DNA of 64,000 nucleotides from Spirochaetota bacterium (GTDB lineage Bacteria; Spirochaetota; UBA12135; COTS27; CAXSBA01): NCBI GenBank assembly GCA_965224715.1, contig OZ245054.1, positions 648,933 to 712,932 of the forward strand, read 5' to 3'. Shown piece by piece: positions 62,735 to 64,000 of this stretch (position 1 is its first letter; each line of letters starts with the position of its first letter). The notes under the pieces were generated by a model. It saw only the letters and a program-made list of their open reading frames with translations, ran no database searches and was not told where the DNA came from. The position numbers and the translations under genes were made by a program.

Positions 62735-63796
62735 TCAAATTTTGATTTTAAAAAAATCGACATACCAGTCGATGAAGCGGTCAATACCGATCTGAACTGG
62801 GGTTTGGGGTTGATAATCCAAATCTCGAACCAAATCACTGATATCAGCAAAAGTAGCAGGTACATCTCCAGCTTGAATGGGAAGAAGTTTTTTGTTAATA
62901 GTTTTTCCTAATTTTTTTTCAATGGCCGCAATAAAATCCATCAGTTTAACTGGATTGTTATTTCCGATATTGTATATCTTATAAGGAGCGGATGAAATCG
63001 AAGGATCTCGGTGATCCCAATTGGATTGGGATTGAGGACGGGCTGGATGGTCAATGACCCGAATCACTCCCTCAATCACATCATCAATATAGGTAAAATC
63101 TCGGAGCATATTTCCATTATTAAATACCTCAATGGCTTTATTTTCCAAAGCAGCTTTGACGAATAGAAATAAGGCCATATCCGGTCGGCCCCAGGGACCG
63201 TAGACTGTGAAGAATCGAAGACCAGTAGAAGCGATCCCATAGAGATGGGAATAAGTATGAGCCATTAGCTCATTAGACTTTTTACTTGCAGCGTAAAGAC
63301 TTATAGGGTGGTCAACATTATCTCGGGTGCTAAAAGGAAGATTTTGATTCAGTCCATAGACAGAAGAACTGGAGGCATAAGAAAAGTTTTTGACTTCATA
63401 ATAACGACAGGCCTCCAATATGTTCATGAATCCGATAATATTGCTGCTGATATAGGCATCGGGATGAGTTAGGGAATAGCGAACCCCAGCTTGGGCGGCT
63501 AGATGGCAGACTGCATCGAATCTTTCTTTTTTAAATAGTTTTAATAAATTTTCTTTGTCTTCTAAATCTCCTTTTAAAAAAAAATAGTTTTTAAATGAAG
63601 ATGAATTATATTGAGAGTAAGTTTTTTTAGACTTGGATATTGTAATGCCAGCCCATTTCAAACGACCCAATTTAACTTGAGGATCGTAGTAATTGTTTAT
63701 ATTATCTAATCCGACAACCTCGTCCCCTCTTTCAATCAGTTTCATTGCCAGATGACTACCAATAAAACCTGCCGTACCGGTGATAAGAATTTTCAT
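62735..63796 (-). CDS. NAD-dependent nucleotide-sugar epimerase (UDP-glucuronate 4-epimerase-like extended SDR)
   Basis: 353 aa. GTAGFIGSH Rossmann motif, YAASK catalytic motif. N-terminal ..VVGLDN.N.YYD..LK..RL is typical of the Cap1J/LpsL group. Substrate is inferred. Confidence 0.8.
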   Translation of the reverse strand: MKILITGTAGFIGSHLAMKLIERGDEVVGLDNINNYYDPQVKLGRLKWAGITISKSKKTYSQYNSSSFKNYFFLKGDLEDKENLLKLFKKERFDAVCHLAAQAGVRYSLTHPDAYISSNIIGFMNILEACRYYEVKNFSYASSSSVYGLNQNLPFSTRDNVDHPISLYAASKKSNELMAHTYSHLYGIASTGLRFFTVYGPWGRPDMALFLFVKAALENKAIEVFNNGNMLRDFTYIDDVIEGVIRVIDHPARPQSQSNWDHRDPSISSAPYKIYNIGNNNPVKLMDFIAAIEKKLGKTINKKLLPIQAGDVPATFADISDLVRDLDYQPQTPVQIGIDRFIDWYVDFFKIKI

Positions 63797-63835
63797 GAAT
63801 TTATTCCTTTTGATAATTGTGACATAGTATTTATC

Positions 63836-64000
63836 CTAAATAGCTTTTTTGTTGATATAATTCAGCATGGTGGTAAAGACAATGTAATTCAAAATGATAA
63901 GAATGATGAAGCTGATTACTGTAGCCAAAGGTAATAGACCTGTGGGATAAAGATTGATCTGTCTGGCTACTACATAGCCGATATAACAAAACAGAGTTTG
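63836..64000 (-). CDS. C-terminal end of a membrane protein (partial, runs off the window)
   Basis: My translation of the minus strand is ..QTLFCYIGYVVARQINLYPTGLLPLATVISFIILIILNYIVFTTMLNYINKKAI*. It is hydrophobic, with the stop at 63836-63838. It is not in the ORF track because it is truncated. Confidence 0.4.
   Translation of the reverse strand, partial: QTLFCYIGYVVARQINLYPTGLLPLATVISFIILIILNYIVFTTMLNYINKKAI

Overview
This is an AT-rich bacterial chromosomal window under the standard genetic code. Gene content hints at a spirochaete-like lineage: unlinked 23S rRNA, loose L-x-S-C lipoboxes and Bat-like genes. That taxon call is inference only. Most of the window is core housekeeping. It carries mfd, a beta-carbonic anhydrase, an orphan 23S rRNA, an aroA-aroK-aroC operon, birA, a TAXI-TRAP transporter and argG. 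A 17.4-kb str/S10/spc/alpha ribosomal supercluster runs from rpsL to rplQ and includes rpmJ, which the ORF track missed. Further on are dksA-like, priA, rpoZ-miaA-manC-moxR, proB, trkH and an SDR epimerase. Four accessory or unusual regions stand out. (1) About 3.5 kb of cargo holds a decayed sigma-54-activator-like gene and an orphan 730-aa lipoprotein. It is bracketed by ~297-bp direct repeats that are copies of the native argG / 574-aa-gene convergent junction. (2) A decayed accessory patch abuts the 3' end of tRNA-Asn and contains a restriction-modification remnant, a KilA-N pseudogene and small cargo genes. (3) A ~1040-aa surface lipoprotein contains an in-frame G16 tract and 78-bp tandem repeats. 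(4) A C16 tract lies between the 23S rRNA and a Bor/Iss-family lipoprotein gene. I saw no CRISPR array, transposase, integrase or reverse transcriptase. Several frameshifts sit in homopolymer runs, so sequencing error cannot be separated from real decay without reads.
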